From Candidatus Kerfeldbacteria bacterium (GTDB lineage Bacteria > Patescibacteriota > Patescibacteriia > UBA9570 > XYC2-FULL-38-9), in the NCBI GenBank assembly GCA_018500015.2, contig JAHBAR020000015.1, forward strand, positions 1 to 58,352: 58,352 nucleotides of DNA, in the 5' to 3' direction. Under the pieces are notes generated by a model that was not told where the DNA came from, did no database searches, and worked only from the letters and a program-made list of their open reading frames with translations. Shown here piece by piece: positions 1 through 10,608 of the stretch. The number at the start of each line of letters is the position of its first letter. Position 1 is the first letter of the stretch. The position numbers and the translations under genes are program-made.

Positions 1-127
1 CAAATTATTTTATTCATAATGCCTACTGGCACAATAATTTCGGACATCGCATGAGTCATGGATGTGTGAATGTGAATTTGGAAAACTCAAAATGGATTTA
101 CGATTGGGCTCAAGTAGGTACGCCGGT

Positions 128-1579
128 ATGGATTCACGAATGAAATACATGCGCGTTGCGCACACCATTTTTTTATCAGTCGGATTTTTCAGTGTGCCGT
201 TTGTTACATCTGCATCAGCACTTCGCGCACCGCAACTCCAAGTCATCGACATGAATTCGCGCACAGTCGAACATGTCATCACTGTGGAAGCTGACGGTAC
301 GGATGTTGGATTAAAGCCTCTGGTTGCTGACATTGACGACGATGATAGCGCAGATATTCTTGTGTTTGAATCTACGGGAAGCGAGGTCAAGCCACTTGTA
401 CGCATATATGATCGACATGGCGTGCAGAAAAAAATCTACCCATTGTTTGTGCCGCAAGAGGCTGGCAACGAAATAAGTGCAGCTATTGGTAATGTTGATA
501 GCGATGCTGAGCTCGAAATTGTTATTTCGTTTCCACAAAGTACAAGTACACGTGTATATATCTTTGATGCCACATTTAAATATAATGATCCATCACGCCC
601 CTCATTTATTGCATTTCCTTCGTTGAGTACTGGCGCTCGCGTTACTGTAGGCAATGTCACCGGCGATAAAAAAAATGAAATTATTGTTGGCACTGGAGTC
701 GGTGCGCAAGCGCATGTTGGTTTGTTTGATCAACATGGAAAGCAGTACGGCACTGACATTATCCCGTTTGCCGAGACTGATACCCAAGGCGTGACACTTG
801 CAACCATCACAAGCAGCGGCAGTACATACGCAGACCTTGCTATCGGCTTGGCGGAATCAGCACAAACATGGTTTAAGGTATATACTATCGACAATGCATT
901 TACCTATCCGGTGCGCACTGAACAACGAGTGTGGTCACGGGAGTGGAAGAGTGGAGTGAGTCTTGCCAGTGCAGATATTTTGCACACCGGTAGTCAAGAG
1001 CTTGTTGTTGCTCCGTTATCTGATCAGCGCACTGAGTTGCAATTTTTTCATGCGGACGGAACTAAGGAAGATTCAATTGCGCCTGTGTATGGTTTTGAAG
1101 AGAGTTTTAATGGAGGCTCCGAGTTTGCTTTTGGTCAGCTTGATTCTGACCTTGCTACAGAGTTGGTTATTGCTCCGCGCGTACAAACACAACGCGGCGA
1201 TCTTTCAAAAGGAAGTAAATATGTGGTAACTGATCTCTCAGAGCAAACTACGACATTATGGGAGGATGGATATATTCTTAAGCAGTTTCTTATTTCTAGC
1301 GGCGCAGGTGGTCGACCAACGCCAACCGGCGAAACAAAAATTAGTTATAAAAAAGCGTTGATCAATTATGATGGTGCAATGTTTGGCGAGTCGTATCATT
1401 TTGCGAACACTCCTTGGAATACCATGTTTCGTTCGGGCGGATATTTTTTCCACACCGCCTATTGGCACAATAATTTTGGTAACCCAATGAGCCATGGGTG
1501 CATCAATATGCGAGAGCCTGACGCGCATTTTTTGTATGATTGGACTGAGATGGGGACCGTAGTGATCACGCACTCTTAA
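128..1579 (+). CDS. Secreted L,D-transpeptidase (YkuD family) with N-terminal FG-GAP/VCBS-like repeats
   Basis: C-terminal [22 protein letters not shown] matches the YkuD H...SHGC motif; repeated [31 protein letters not shown] units; signal-like N-terminus. Start uncertain (ATG at 128, 140 or 149). Confidence 0.85.
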   Translation: MDSRMKYMRVAHTIFLSVGFFSVPFVTSASALRAPQLQVIDMNSRTVEHVITVEADGTDVGLKPLVADIDDDDSADILVFESTGSEVKPLVRIYDRHGVQKKIYPLFVPQEAGNEISAAIGNVDSDAELEIVISFPQSTSTRVYIFDATFKYNDPSRPSFIAFPSLSTGARVTVGNVTGDKKNEIIVGTGVGAQAHVGLFDQHGKQYGTDIIPFAETDTQGVTLATITSSGSTYADLAIGLAESAQTWFKVYTIDNAFTYPVRTEQRVWSREWKSGVSLASADILHTGSQELVVAPLSDQRTELQFFHADGTKEDSIAPVYGFEESFNGGSEFAFGQLDSDLATELVIAPRVQTQRGDLSKGSKYVVTDLSEQTTTLWEDGYILKQFLISSGAGGRPTPTGETKISYKKALINYDGAMFGESYHFANTPWNTMFRSGGYFFHTAYWHNNFGNPMSHGCINMREPDAHFLYDWTEMGTVVITHS

Positions 1580-1677
1580 CAACAAGATTGCCGCGTCGCT
1601 CACGCTCCCCGCAATGACAAACCTTCTGCATGTCATTGCGAGGAAGGGCAAAGCCCTGACGAAGCAATCTTGTTGTT
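1578..1677. repeat. Palindromic REP-like dimer, family R1 copy 1
   Basis: Perfect 14-bp terminal inverted repeat AACAACAAGATTGC/GCAATCTTGTTGTT; internal GCAATGACA/TGTCATTGC; near-identical copy at 4275-4365. Confidence 0.9.
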
Positions 1678-1707
1678 TTTGCCCATTTTAAGTATACTTT
1701 CACGCGT

Positions 1708-3375
1708 ATGACTATACGCACAAAAGTACGCCTATCTTTGTTAGGCATTCTTGCTCTTGCACTGCTTGCCGGCATTATCGATTATCCAAAAGGTCCAGAT
1801 ATTCACATTGGAAAATGGCACGATGAAATTAAAGTGCATCTTGGACTTGACCTTCAAGGAGGCAGTTCATTGCTGTATCAAGCCGATGTTTCAGATATTG
1901 CCGATGCTGATCGTGAAGCCGCTCTTGCGAGTGTTCGTGATGTGATTGAGCAACGCATCAATGCATTTGGTGTTTCTGAGCCAGTGATTCAAACTATTCG
2001 CTCGGGTGATGACTGGCGTATTGCTGTTGAGCTTCCTGGTGTTACAGACATTCAAGAGGCTATAGATCGTATTGGTGCAACGCCGACACTCGAATTTAAA
2101 GTCGAAGGTCCAGCGCCAATATATACCGACGAGCAGTTGGCCACAATTCGTGCCCACAACGACGAGCAAAAAACAAAAGCGCAAGATGTGTTAAACCGCA
2201 CACTCGCTGGCGAAAGCTTTGAACAGCTCGCAACCGAAAACACCGAGGATCCGGGTTCAAAAGAAACACAAGGTAATCTTGGTCAATTTACCGACGGTGA
2301 GATGGTGGGCGCTTTTAATGACGTGGTATTTAACAAGGCAACGGTTGGGCAAATCTACCCTGAGTTGGTATCTACAGAGTACGGGTATCACATCATTCGT
2401 GTTGACGAACGCACAGAAGCAATCACAGATGAAAACGGTACTGTCACGCAGAAAGCAACCGCAAAAGCTCATCATATTTTATTTACGACAACCTCTGAAG
2501 AATATCCAATCTATGGCCCAACGTATGTTTCTTCCGGGCTCTCAGGTGAGCAACTCAGTCGCGCCGATGTAGTGTTTGATCCAAGCACCGGTTTGCCAGT
2601 CATCTCTGTGACATTTAATTCTGAGGGCACACAGTTGTTTGCTCAAATTACAAAAGAGAATATCGGCAAAACCATCGCCATTTATCTTGACGGTGAGCTG
2701 GTCATGACACCTCTTGTGAATGAACAAATCCCTAATGGACAGGCGGTGATTAATGGTAGCTTCACTTTGCAAGAAGCAAAAGCAGAAGTACAAAAGCTTA
2801 ATGCTGGCGCTCTTCCTGTTCCTATATCTCTCGTTTCTCAACAAAATATCGGCCCTTCGCTTGGGCAAGTATCCATTGAGCGGAGTTTGCTCGCTGGTGT
2901 CATTGGGCTTGTGCTCCTTTCTTTCTTTATCATCGCATACTATCGTCTCCCCGGCGTGCTTGCTGTTGTTGCACTTGGCATGTATACGCTCATTGTTCTT
3001 GCAGTATTCAAACTATGGCCTGTGACGCTTACGCTTGCCGGTATCGCCGGGTTTATTTTATCGATTGGTATGGCGGTCGATGCCAATGTGTTGATTTTTG
3101 AACGTTTAAAAGAAGAGCTCCGCGCAGGCAAGTCCATTGACTCTGCTGTGGAAGAAGGATTTAAGCGCGCATGGCTTTCCATTCGTGATTCAAACTCTTC
3201 ATCACTCATCACCTGTTTAATTTTGTACTGGTTTGGCTCATCCCTTATTCGTGGCTTTGCAATTACACTGGCCATTGGCATTGTGATAAGCATGTTCTCT
3301 GCGATCACTATCACTCGCAACTTCTTGCACTTCGTGCGTCCAAAAAATCCGTGGTGGTATTCTGTAACAAAGTAG
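1708..3375 (+). CDS. secD: Protein translocase subunit SecD with inserted parvulin-type PPIase domain
   Basis: LGLDLQGG, RINAFGVSEP and GMAVDANVLIFER motifs; insert with FEQLATENTEDPGS and YGYHIIRV. Confidence 0.97.
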   Translation: MTIRTKVRLSLLGILALALLAGIIDYPKGPDIHIGKWHDEIKVHLGLDLQGGSSLLYQADVSDIADADREAALASVRDVIEQRINAFGVSEPVIQTIRSGDDWRIAVELPGVTDIQEAIDRIGATPTLEFKVEGPAPIYTDEQLATIRAHNDEQKTKAQDVLNRTLAGESFEQLATENTEDPGSKETQGNLGQFTDGEMVGAFNDVVFNKATVGQIYPELVSTEYGYHIIRVDERTEAITDENGTVTQKATAKAHHILFTTTSEEYPIYGPTYVSSGLSGEQLSRADVVFDPSTGLPVISVTFNSEGTQLFAQITKENIGKTIAIYLDGELVMTPLVNEQIPNGQAVINGSFTLQEAKAEVQKLNAGALPVPISLVSQQNIGPSLGQVSIERSLLAGVIGLVLLSFFIIAYYRLPGVLAVVALGMYTLIVLAVFKLWPVTLTLAGIAGFILSIGMAVDANVLIFERLKEELRAGKSIDSAVEEGFKRAWLSIRDSNSSSLITCLILYWFGSSLIRGFAITLAIGIVISMFSAITITRNFLHFVRPKNPWWYSVTK

Positions 3376-3376
3376 T

Positions 3377-4276
3377 ATGTTTAAAATTATTCATAAATCA
3401 AAATATTTTGCAGCGTTTTCCATTGTGTTGTTTATCCTTTCGGTAACCGCATATGGTATATGGGGGTTGCGCTTAGGTATTGATTTCACCGGCGGCGCGT
3501 CGCTTGATCTTTCATTTAGTAATCGTCCTACCACAGAGCAGCTCGCAACAGATCTTTCTACTTTAGGTTTTGAAGCATCAAGTATTGTCACAGGAGGTGA
3601 CACGGAGATGCTCATTAAATTTCAAGAGCTCGACAATGCGCAAAAAGACGCAATCGTTTCTGGGCTCTCACACTATGGCGCAACAGAGGTGAGTTTTGTT
3701 ACCATCGGCCCGTCGATCGGCGAAGAGTTGAAGCAGAAGTCTATTCTCGCCATTGGTTTGGTGCTGGCAGCAATTATTGTCTATATTTCGTATGCGTTTC
3801 GTCGCGTATCAAAAGGTCCCGTGCCATCGTGGGTGTACGGCATTGCCGCGATTGTTGCGCTTGCACACGACATCTTTATCCCTATTGGTGTGTTCGCTTT
3901 ACTTGGTCATTTTGCCGGAGTGCAGATTGATGCATTGTTTGTGACAGCACTTTTGACCATTCTTGGATTCTCAGTGCACGATACTATTGTGGTGTTTGAT
4001 CGTATCCGTGAAGGGTTGAAAGATCGTGCACACAAAACTTTTGCTGAAATTGTTAATATTTCTATCAACACCACTCTCGCTCGCTCAATTAACACCTCAG
4101 TTACCACGCTCATTGTGCTTACCGCGCTGTATGTGTTTGGTGGCACTGCTATCCACTGGTTTGTATTCACTCTTATCTTGGGCATCATTTGTGGAACATA
4201 CTCTTCGATTTTCATCGCAAGCCCAGTATTGCTTCTTGGCGAATGGTTCCTGAATAGAAAGAGAAAAATAGCCTAA
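3377..4276 (+). CDS. secF: Protein translocase subunit SecF
   Basis: LGIDFTGG, IGPSIGEEL, GFSVHDTIVVFDRIRE, GTYSSIFIA; directly follows secD. Confidence 0.97.
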   Translation: MFKIIHKSKYFAAFSIVLFILSVTAYGIWGLRLGIDFTGGASLDLSFSNRPTTEQLATDLSTLGFEASSIVTGGDTEMLIKFQELDNAQKDAIVSGLSHYGATEVSFVTIGPSIGEELKQKSILAIGLVLAAIIVYISYAFRRVSKGPVPSWVYGIAAIVALAHDIFIPIGVFALLGHFAGVQIDALFVTALLTILGFSVHDTIVVFDRIREGLKDRAHKTFAEIVNISINTTLARSINTSVTTLIVLTALYVFGGTAIHWFVFTLILGIICGTYSSIFIASPVLLLGEWFLNRKRKIA

Positions 4277-4365
4277 CAACAAGATTGCTTCGCTGCGCTC
4301 GCAATGACGTTGCAGAAGGGCTGTCATTGCGAGGAAGGGCAAAGCCCTGACGAAGCAATTTTGTT
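4275..4365. repeat. Palindromic REP-like dimer, family R1 copy 2
   Basis: AACAACAAGATTGC...TGTCATTGCGAGGAAGGGCAAAGCCCTGACGAAGCAAT shared with 1578-1677. Confidence 0.9.
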
Positions 4366-4783
4366 ATTCAACGTTAAGTTTGCCTGCAGCATGAAGTTTG
4401 ACAATGGTGTCATCAACATAACTCTTTAGCCCTTGAAGTGATGTCATGTATGTTGTAAGGAGTTTGGTGAACAGCGCTTCATTACTCTCTTTTTCCAACA
4501 CATCATGAATTTCACCTGAGTCAGGATCGGCGATTTCTTGCGTTGCGGCAAGGTGGTCAACTTCAGCCTCTCGAAACACTTTTTGTGCGCTTTTGAGTGC
4601 AGTAGTCAACTCAACAATCCGTGTTTCATTGTTGTGCATGGCGCGAGTTTCTTCGATGTATGCAAGAAGATGCTGGATGTGTTGTTGTACACCTTGAAGA
4701 TCAATAGCTTTGAGTTGGTCAGGGTTTTCCGGTACTCCAAAAAGCTCTCCAAAGGTCATCTTTTGTTGTTCTTCGTTTGCCAT
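4364..4783 (-). CDS. Hypothetical acidic helical protein (139 aa)
   Basis: ATG-started ORF filling the intergenic space; no recognised motif. Confidence 0.65.
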   Translation of the reverse strand: MANEEQQKMTFGELFGVPENPDQLKAIDLQGVQQHIQHLLAYIEETRAMHNNETRIVELTTALKSAQKVFREAEVDHLAATQEIADPDSGEIHDVLEKESNEALFTKLLTTYMTSLQGLKSYVDDTIVKLHAAGKLNVE

Positions 4784-4919
4784 AGATGCTCATAGTATAC
4801 ACCGCTTGTACACGATTGACAAAGTGAATGAAATATGGAATACTCATACGTTGATTTTCTCTTGAAATAAGAGAACAACTTCGCTATACTTGTCTACAAT
4901 TACATCAACATACATACTT

Positions 4920-7900
4920 ATGGCAACACGACGACGAACAGGAGAGTCAGCAGCCCCTGCGAATGCAGGCGCACAGCCACAAAAGAGTACTCTTGGTGGT
5001 CAACCCGTAGATACTATAACAGTAGGAACCCGTACTGCAGCACGTGGACCAGAAAAAGCACGTATACCAGAGCTCAAAGAAGGGACTGTGTTGCGTGGTG
5101 TTACTGCTTCGTATGTGGGTGCGCGCAAACCTGGAGAGTATTCTGCGGAGTGTGTCGTGGGTGGAAAGAGATTAGATCTACGTGTATTTACTGACAACGC
5201 ACACTATGTTTTGATTAGCAGCCCCCAAAAAGTAGATGTTCGTTTATTAGAAACACCTCAACAACAAGGGGGAAAGTTGAGTGCGCGAGCTGTTGTTGAT
5301 GGCGCGAGCGTTGACCTTTCAACTATTGAGCATATTGCTCGTAGTGCTCCAGCCCGACAACCAGGCGAATTGGTGGAATTGGGTAGGCGAACGCTCACCC
5401 AGCTTGAACCGGGTGTATTTGCAGTCAGCGGTCAGGAGGCTGATAATCGCGCTGTCCGAGTACGATCTCTTTTGGGTTGGAAGCCAGAGATGGTCAAGGA
5501 TAGAGGGGTGGAGATGGTGGCAGCAGACAATGTGCGCGTTGCCATGCTTAGAGGCGGCGTAGATGCTTATATGTATGAGGCTTTGCCTGAGCGTGAGGCC
5601 ATCTTACTGAGCCAGCATATTCGTTTTGTGAATATATTGAATCGATACGCCCCTGTTATTACCGCGCTTTCCCAGCCCGATGGTTTTCGAGATCATATGG
5701 GAAAAGTTTTACCTTGGGAACCAGAAGGCGCTTGGGCGCCACGAGTGCGAACAGAGATTGCTACACGCATGATAGAGGTATTAGGTGCGTATTTTAGTTA
5801 CATAGCAGCCAATGCACCCAGCGAGCAATTCGTGGATACTGATTACCTTGAGGCAGCTATGAATAAGTTGGAAGAATTTTTGTACGGAGCTGCCTTTTTT
5901 GCAAAAGAAGAGAGCGTTCCTTCAGTTACAATACTACCAACCGCACAGTTGAAATTACCACAGGCCCAGCATTTGGAAGAACTTCATACATTTTTTGCGG
6001 CCGCTATGCCTGATGCATCAAAGGTATGGACTCCAGAAACTTTGCGCACTGTTGGCACGGTAATGGATGCGGCTACTGAAGAGCTACCAGATGATTTTAT
6101 TGAACGAGCACCACGCGGTGGCGATCTTTTTGCAACTTTGAATGTAATACTGGAAGATGCTGGTTTACCAAGGCTCCAGAGAGGTCAGGAGTATGTTGTA
6201 AAGGGTCGTATTGACACATCTACCGGCACTCCAAGATTTTTTGATCTTTCTGATGCGTTACGGATAGGAACAGTTCTTGATGATCCCGCGGTTGTTTTTT
6301 CAACAGAAGGAAACCTTAGCGTCTTATTTGATTCTGTTCAAGCTCGCGCAAGAAGGGCTGTCAGTATTCAGACTGCGCGTTCATCCGCACTTACTGTCGA
6401 TATTGCTCCAGATATGTTGCCGCGTACCACTGCTCTCAGAGAGGGTGAATTTATTGACGCACTCAAAGCCGGGCATATTGAAATGCGTACTGTTCAGGTG
6501 AATGATCTTGATTCTACAGTGCATGCTCTTGAACACGCAAGTACTCTACAAATTATTGGATACATTAATGGGCGTTCTGAAAAGAGCGTTTTTCCAAGAT
6601 CGTTTATAGATGCGCGCTCAAGAGGGGAGGGTGCAGCCATAACACGAGCAATCGTCGATCGACTCAGTGCTAATTTGAGAGTGTTCTTGTCCCCGCTTGT
6701 TATTGATAGGGTTGAGATAGCGAGACAAGATTTGGATGTCACAACCATTGAGCTTACTGTGGTTGTGCATGGAGTAGTTTGTGCTGTTTCTCTTAATGGT
6801 AAGGTAGAACACGACCGTAAAGCATTTGAGCCGTTTAGGAAGGCTATTGCAGAGGCGAAAGCTGCTCGTGATGCTCAAGAAGCTGATGGAGGGCGATCAA
6901 GGCTCTATGCGTGGTTACAAGCAGCGCCACTGGTGAACATTATTGGCTATGTACAAGGAGAGCTTTTAGAAGAATCTACAGTTCCTCAGCAATATCGTTC
7001 ATATAGAACCGCTTTACGCGGCCCGGCGGATTTTGCTGCTGGCATACGCGAAAGAGTTTTGGCTCGCGTGCGGGCTGACGCACGTTTGCCAGATAATGCA
7101 GTGTTTGTTCCTGTAAGCAACGATCCTTTTGTTGTTAAAGTGACGTGTGCAGGAGTGCCGCCGCAGCACATGACAGTTACTGGTGATCCACGAACTGATG
7201 AGCCAGTATTTAGGGGTGTGCGTGATTTTTTTCATGAGCAACTTGCCGCACCAAAACTCCTTGAGCGCTTTAACGCAGACAATAACATCTTCCCCCCACT
7301 GGTTTTTGGTGAGACAGCAAGGCACACTTCTGGCATATATCCTTCAGATGAGTTTCGCATTAGTGGGATAAGTTATCTCAATACCACTCAAATTTTTAAC
7401 CTTACACCTGTTGCTGGTGGCTCACCATGGGCCATGTCCTTATCTGAGTTTGCCGCTGAGTTAGAACGTGGATTTATTTATCGCGATGTATTGAAGGAGG
7501 AGGATGCATATATTAATGATGCCTCCCCATGGAATTTTCCGTCTCGCGAGATACATACAAATCCTGAGCGAGCACTTGCCTTTAATGGTATGCCAGCAAC
7601 AGAGATGGGTGGTAGGTTTGTGCGTCGTTTTCGCCTTGCTGTTCAGTACAACTCTGGAAAGGAAAAGGGAAAAACATACCGTGTTATCCGTGTTGATGGT
7701 TCAACGCATGAAATGATTTGTGCACAGGAGACCTCTGAAGGTATCTTGGTGGAGCCTACTGTGGAGCTTGTTATGGACACCGATGATGTGATTCGTAATC
7801 CGCACTGGTTTGAAATTCCAGACAACAGTGTGTACATTCGAGTTGCTCAAGCCTTTGATTTGCGCAGTCCTGAGCTTGCTCGCCAACTGTTTGAACCGGG

Positions 7901-9203
7901 GCGATTAGAGCTTGTGAATCCCCAGGATGGTTCAACTCTTCCATTTTCAACTCTTCGTATCACACCAGGTGGTATAGCTTGTCGATATGTTGGAGGGGGT
8001 TCTACTATTACAATGACTGTAGATAACTTTATCGAGAAGGTGCGAAAGAATGAAATTCTCATTACAGGTGCCCAATCTGAGAGGATTACACAAGCTAATG
8101 AAGATGTTCCTCTCGATCCACACGTATCATTTGGTCAAAATGCTCGATATCGCTTTGAGCGTGCTCTGCGACGTCTTCAGTCCGTTGAATTTGTTGAAGA
8201 TTTTGAAAACGGGAAATTTGAATGTGTTGAAGTAGTTGACGGCACACAGCACACAGCTGTAGTTACGGTGCTGGAGAGAGATGAGGTTGGTTGTCTGTTG
8301 AAATTTGAGCCAGAGATTGTGAGTAGTCCAGCACGTTTTACCTATGAAGCTATTATTGCTGCCAAGGTAGCTGGCATATTCCGTGCTGATATAATGCGTT
8401 CAAGATGGCGCCCTGCGCGATCGTCGCCACCACGTGCTTTTGCAGCCCCACAGCCTAGGGAAGCTCCGTCCATACAAGAGACGCTCTCTTTTTCAAGACG
8501 ACCGTCTGATGAAGATCCAACAAAACCATATTCGACGGAAGTTTCTCCAGAATTTGATGATGCTGGAGATGACAAAGATGAAGATCTCATATCACCTCCC
8601 GGAACTCCTGATGCTAGCCTTAGAGGTCGCCCGTTAATTGGGATCTCGCCTGAGCCGCTAGTCCCAATTGCTCCGGTAGGTGGACAGCCCGAAGATCCTA
8701 CATCGACCGGTCGATACGCAGCACCAGTATTGCGTACTCCAGCACCCGAATTACCACCACAGCCTCTAGGAGCGGTAAGAACTTGGGTGCCTGACGTTGG
8801 CGAACCGTCGCGTACAACACCTCCTCCTGCTGTCGAAATAATGCCTGCACCCGCGCTGGTGGAAGTTGCTGCTCCACCTAACCCTGAACTGCAGCGCATG
8901 GAAGCTTTACAAAGAGTTTTGACAACTCAATTGGCCAACGAAAGGACATTACTTAATGTTATTCAGCAACTGAGTGCTAACGCATCAAGATTTGATCGAC
9001 TTTTCAGTTTTAGGAAGTATGCTGAATTAGATAGAGTGGCAGAACAGCGGTCTGGGTTTACTGACGCTCGTGATTTTGCTAATTATCAACAATTGAAAAA
9101 TGCCGCAATTTTGCTTGATGGGTTCAATCAAGCGAAGTTGCAGGCCATACGAGCTATTGATCCTGGTATAGATATTCGTCTAGTAGACCTATCTCAATTG
9201 TAA
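4920..9203 (+). CDS. Large hypothetical protein (~1,427 aa) with Pro-rich C-terminal linker
   Basis: 4.3-kb uninterrupted ORF; first ATG at 4920; no recognisable domain. Confidence 0.8.
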   Translation: MATRRRTGESAAPANAGAQPQKSTLGGQPVDTITVGTRTAARGPEKARIPELKEGTVLRGVTASYVGARKPGEYSAECVVGGKRLDLRVFTDNAHYVLISSPQKVDVRLLETPQQQGGKLSARAVVDGASVDLSTIEHIARSAPARQPGELVELGRRTLTQLEPGVFAVSGQEADNRAVRVRSLLGWKPEMVKDRGVEMVAADNVRVAMLRGGVDAYMYEALPEREAILLSQHIRFVNILNRYAPVITALSQPDGFRDHMGKVLPWEPEGAWAPRVRTEIATRMIEVLGAYFSYIAANAPSEQFVDTDYLEAAMNKLEEFLYGAAFFAKEESVPSVTILPTAQLKLPQAQHLEELHTFFAAAMPDASKVWTPETLRTVGTVMDAATEELPDDFIERAPRGGDLFATLNVILEDAGLPRLQRGQEYVVKGRIDTSTGTPRFFDLSDALRIGTVLDDPAVVFSTEGNLSVLFDSVQARARRAVSIQTARSSALTVDIAPDMLPRTTALREGEFIDALKAGHIEMRTVQVNDLDSTVHALEHASTLQIIGYINGRSEKSVFPRSFIDARSRGEGAAITRAIVDRLSANLRVFLSPLVIDRVEIARQDLDVTTIELTVVVHGVVCAVSLNGKVEHDRKAFEPFRKAIAEAKAARDAQEADGGRSRLYAWLQAAPLVNIIGYVQGELLEESTVPQQYRSYRTALRGPADFAAGIRERVLARVRADARLPDNAVFVPVSNDPFVVKVTCAGVPPQHMTVTGDPRTDEPVFRGVRDFFHEQLAAPKLLERFNADNNIFPPLVFGETARHTSGIYPSDEFRISGISYLNTTQIFNLTPVAGGSPWAMSLSEFAAELERGFIYRDVLKEEDAYINDASPWNFPSREIHTNPERALAFNGMPATEMGGRFVRRFRLAVQYNSGKEKGKTYRVIRVDGSTHEMICAQETSEGILVEPTVELVMDTDDVIRNPHWFEIPDNSVYIRVAQAFDLRSPELARQLFEPGRLELVNPQDGSTLPFSTLRITPGGIACRYVGGGSTITMTVDNFIEKVRKNEILITGAQSERITQANEDVPLDPHVSFGQNARYRFERALRRLQSVEFVEDFENGKFECVEVVDGTQHTAVVTVLERDEVGCLLKFEPEIVSSPARFTYEAIIAAKVAGIFRADIMRSRWRPARSSPPRAFAAPQPREAPSIQETLSFSRRPSDEDPTKPYSTEVSPEFDDAGDDKDEDLISPPGTPDASLRGRPLIGISPEPLVPIAPVGGQPEDPTSTGRYAAPVLRTPAPELPPQPLGAVRTWVPDVGEPSRTTPPPAVEIMPAPALVEVAAPPNPELQRMEALQRVLTTQLANERTLLNVIQQLSANASRFDRLFSFRKYAELDRVAEQRSGFTDARDFANYQQLKNAAILLDGFNQAKLQAIRAIDPGIDIRLVDLSQL

Positions 9204-9221
9204 ATGTGTATATGATACATA

Positions 9222-9250
9222 AAAACTCTCGCCAATCAGGCGAGAGTTTT
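9222..9250. terminator. Bidirectional intrinsic terminator
   Basis: AAAACTCTCGCC-AATCA-GGCGAGAGTTTT between convergent genes. Confidence 0.85.
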
Positions 9251-9258
9251 GTAATGAG

Positions 9259-9606
9259 CTATTTTGTAACTTCTTTCACTAGTTTTGCGAATACTGCTGG
9301 ATAGTGTTCCGCAAGTCCTGCAAGTACTTTGCGATCGAGCATTACATTCTTTTTCTTGAGCGCTGCGATCAGTTTGCTGTAGCTTGTGCCGTTGATCTTC
9401 GCTCCAGCCGAGATCTTGATGCTCCAGAGGTTGCGAGCATTACGCTTTTTGAGTTTGCGGTGGTCATATGCGCGTTGACCGGATTTGCGGATTGCGGTGC
9501 GAGCGTGGCGTACCAAGTTTTTGCGGCCTTGGTAGTAGCCCTTAGTTTGCTTGAAGAGGGAGTTGCGCTTGCGTGCGCGGGTGGTTCCACGTTTTACTCT
9601 TGCCAT
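9259..9606 (-). CDS. rplT: 50S ribosomal protein L20
   Basis: MARVKRG...RKLKKRNARNLW...LDRKVLA. Confidence 0.98.
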   Translation of the reverse strand: MARVKRGTTRARKRNSLFKQTKGYYQGRKNLVRHARTAIRKSGQRAYDHRKLKKRNARNLWSIKISAGAKINGTSYSKLIAALKKKNVMLDRKVLAGLAEHYPAVFAKLVKEVTK

Positions 9607-9612
9607 ACTGAT

Positions 9613-9804
9613 TTAAGCGATTGCGCGGTTAATGTTTCGTGTAATAGTGTCTGAGATAGTTTTGCGACGACGCTTGTTGCGAGTCGTCTTGCTGCTTTCG
9701 CGGCCGTTGAAATGATCTTGGCCAGCGCGTTTGATTTTGATCTTGCCAGTCTTGGTTTTTTTCAAGCGCTTGGAGATCACTTTGCGTGTTTTCAGTTTAG
9801 GCAT
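9613..9804 (-). CDS. rpmI: 50S ribosomal protein L35
   Basis: MPKLKTRK...KRLKKTKTGK; between infC and rplT. Confidence 0.96.
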   Translation of the reverse strand: MPKLKTRKVISKRLKKTKTGKIKIKRAGQDHFNGRESSKTTRNKRRRKTISDTITRNINRAIA

Positions 9805-9805
9805 A

Positions 9806-10324
9806 TTATTTTTTCTTCAATGTAACGAGGGCTGTAAATTTGCTTCCTTCGCGAGTGATCGGGCTTTCGAGCGCGATTTCGGAAGTGAAGAGTTGGATAA
9901 ACTTACCGACAACCTCTTTTCCAACTTCGGGGTGAGCTTTCTCACGGCCGCGAAGAAGGAGTTCGATCTTCACTTTGTAGCCTTTCTCGAAAAATTTCTC
10001 GGCCTGGTTGACGCGTACCATCATGTCATGGTCGCCGATTTTGGCACCCAGTCGAATGCATTTGATTTCGCCTGCACGTTTGGACTGAGAACGACTCTTA
10101 CGCATCTGCTTTTCTTGTTCGTATTGCAGTTTGCCAAAGTCGATGATCTTAGCGACAGGAGGGTTTGCTTGTGGAGAAACTTCCACGAGATCGAGGCCGA
10201 GGTTTTGAGCTCGTTCGATAGCAATGTCTGTAGGCGTTGCGCCAAGTTTTTGACCGTTTTCGTCAATCAAGAACACGAGATCGGAATCGATTTCTTCGTT
10301 CTTGCGAAATTCTTTCTTGGAAAT
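9806..10324 (-). CDS. infC: Translation initiation factor IF-3 (ATT start)
   Basis: LIDENG, GLDLVEVSP.ANPPVAKIIDFGK, RGRE motifs; frame stays open upstream of the listed GTG to ATT at 10324 (ISKKEFRKNEEIDSDLVFLIDENG), as expected for infC. Confidence 0.93.
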   Translation of the reverse strand: MSKKEFRKNEEIDSDLVFLIDENGQKLGATPTDIAIERAQNLGLDLVEVSPQANPPVAKIIDFGKLQYEQEKQMRKSRSQSKRAGEIKCIRLGAKIGDHDMMVRVNQAEKFFEKGYKVKIELLLRGREKAHPEVGKEVVGKFIQLFTSEIALESPITREGSKFTALVTLKKK

Positions 10325-10435
10325 GGCTGTAGTGGTTACTTTTTATTAAATACCTTTGCTTGCTTTGCTAAGAAGCAAACATGTGGCACATCCTGAGTCG
10401 CAGAAATGCGCAACCCAGGAACATAGAAACGATAG

Positions 10436-10597
10436 AAATTCGCTCACTGCGTAGTTGTGGAGCTTTTTTGATGACCGAGGCGTACATTCAGGTACGTCGA
10501 GAGAGGCAAAAAAGCGAACAACACGCCCCGCAGGGGTCGTCGCAGCCGGTATTTCCGGCTTGCCGGAAAACAGGGCTGCACGACAGTGGGTGAATTT
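10436..10597. repeat. Structured intergenic repeat, family R3 copy 1
   Basis: Outer stem AAATTCGCTCACTG/CAGTGGGTGAATTT; core GAGGCGTAC-ATTCAG-GTACGTCGA shared with other R3 copies. Confidence 0.7.
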
Positions 10598-10608
10598 ATA
10601 CGTTTATA

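Noticed and set aside
9731..10396. 221-aa plus-strand ORF, and similar long antisense ORFs (55604-56422, 36247-36834, 8342-8899)
   Set aside because: Shadow frames of well-supported genes on the opposite strand.
10391..10420. L20 leader riboregulator upstream of infC
   Set aside because: A hairpin is present (TCCTGAGT...ACCCAGGA) but I cannot match it to the known leader by eye; needs an Rfam search.
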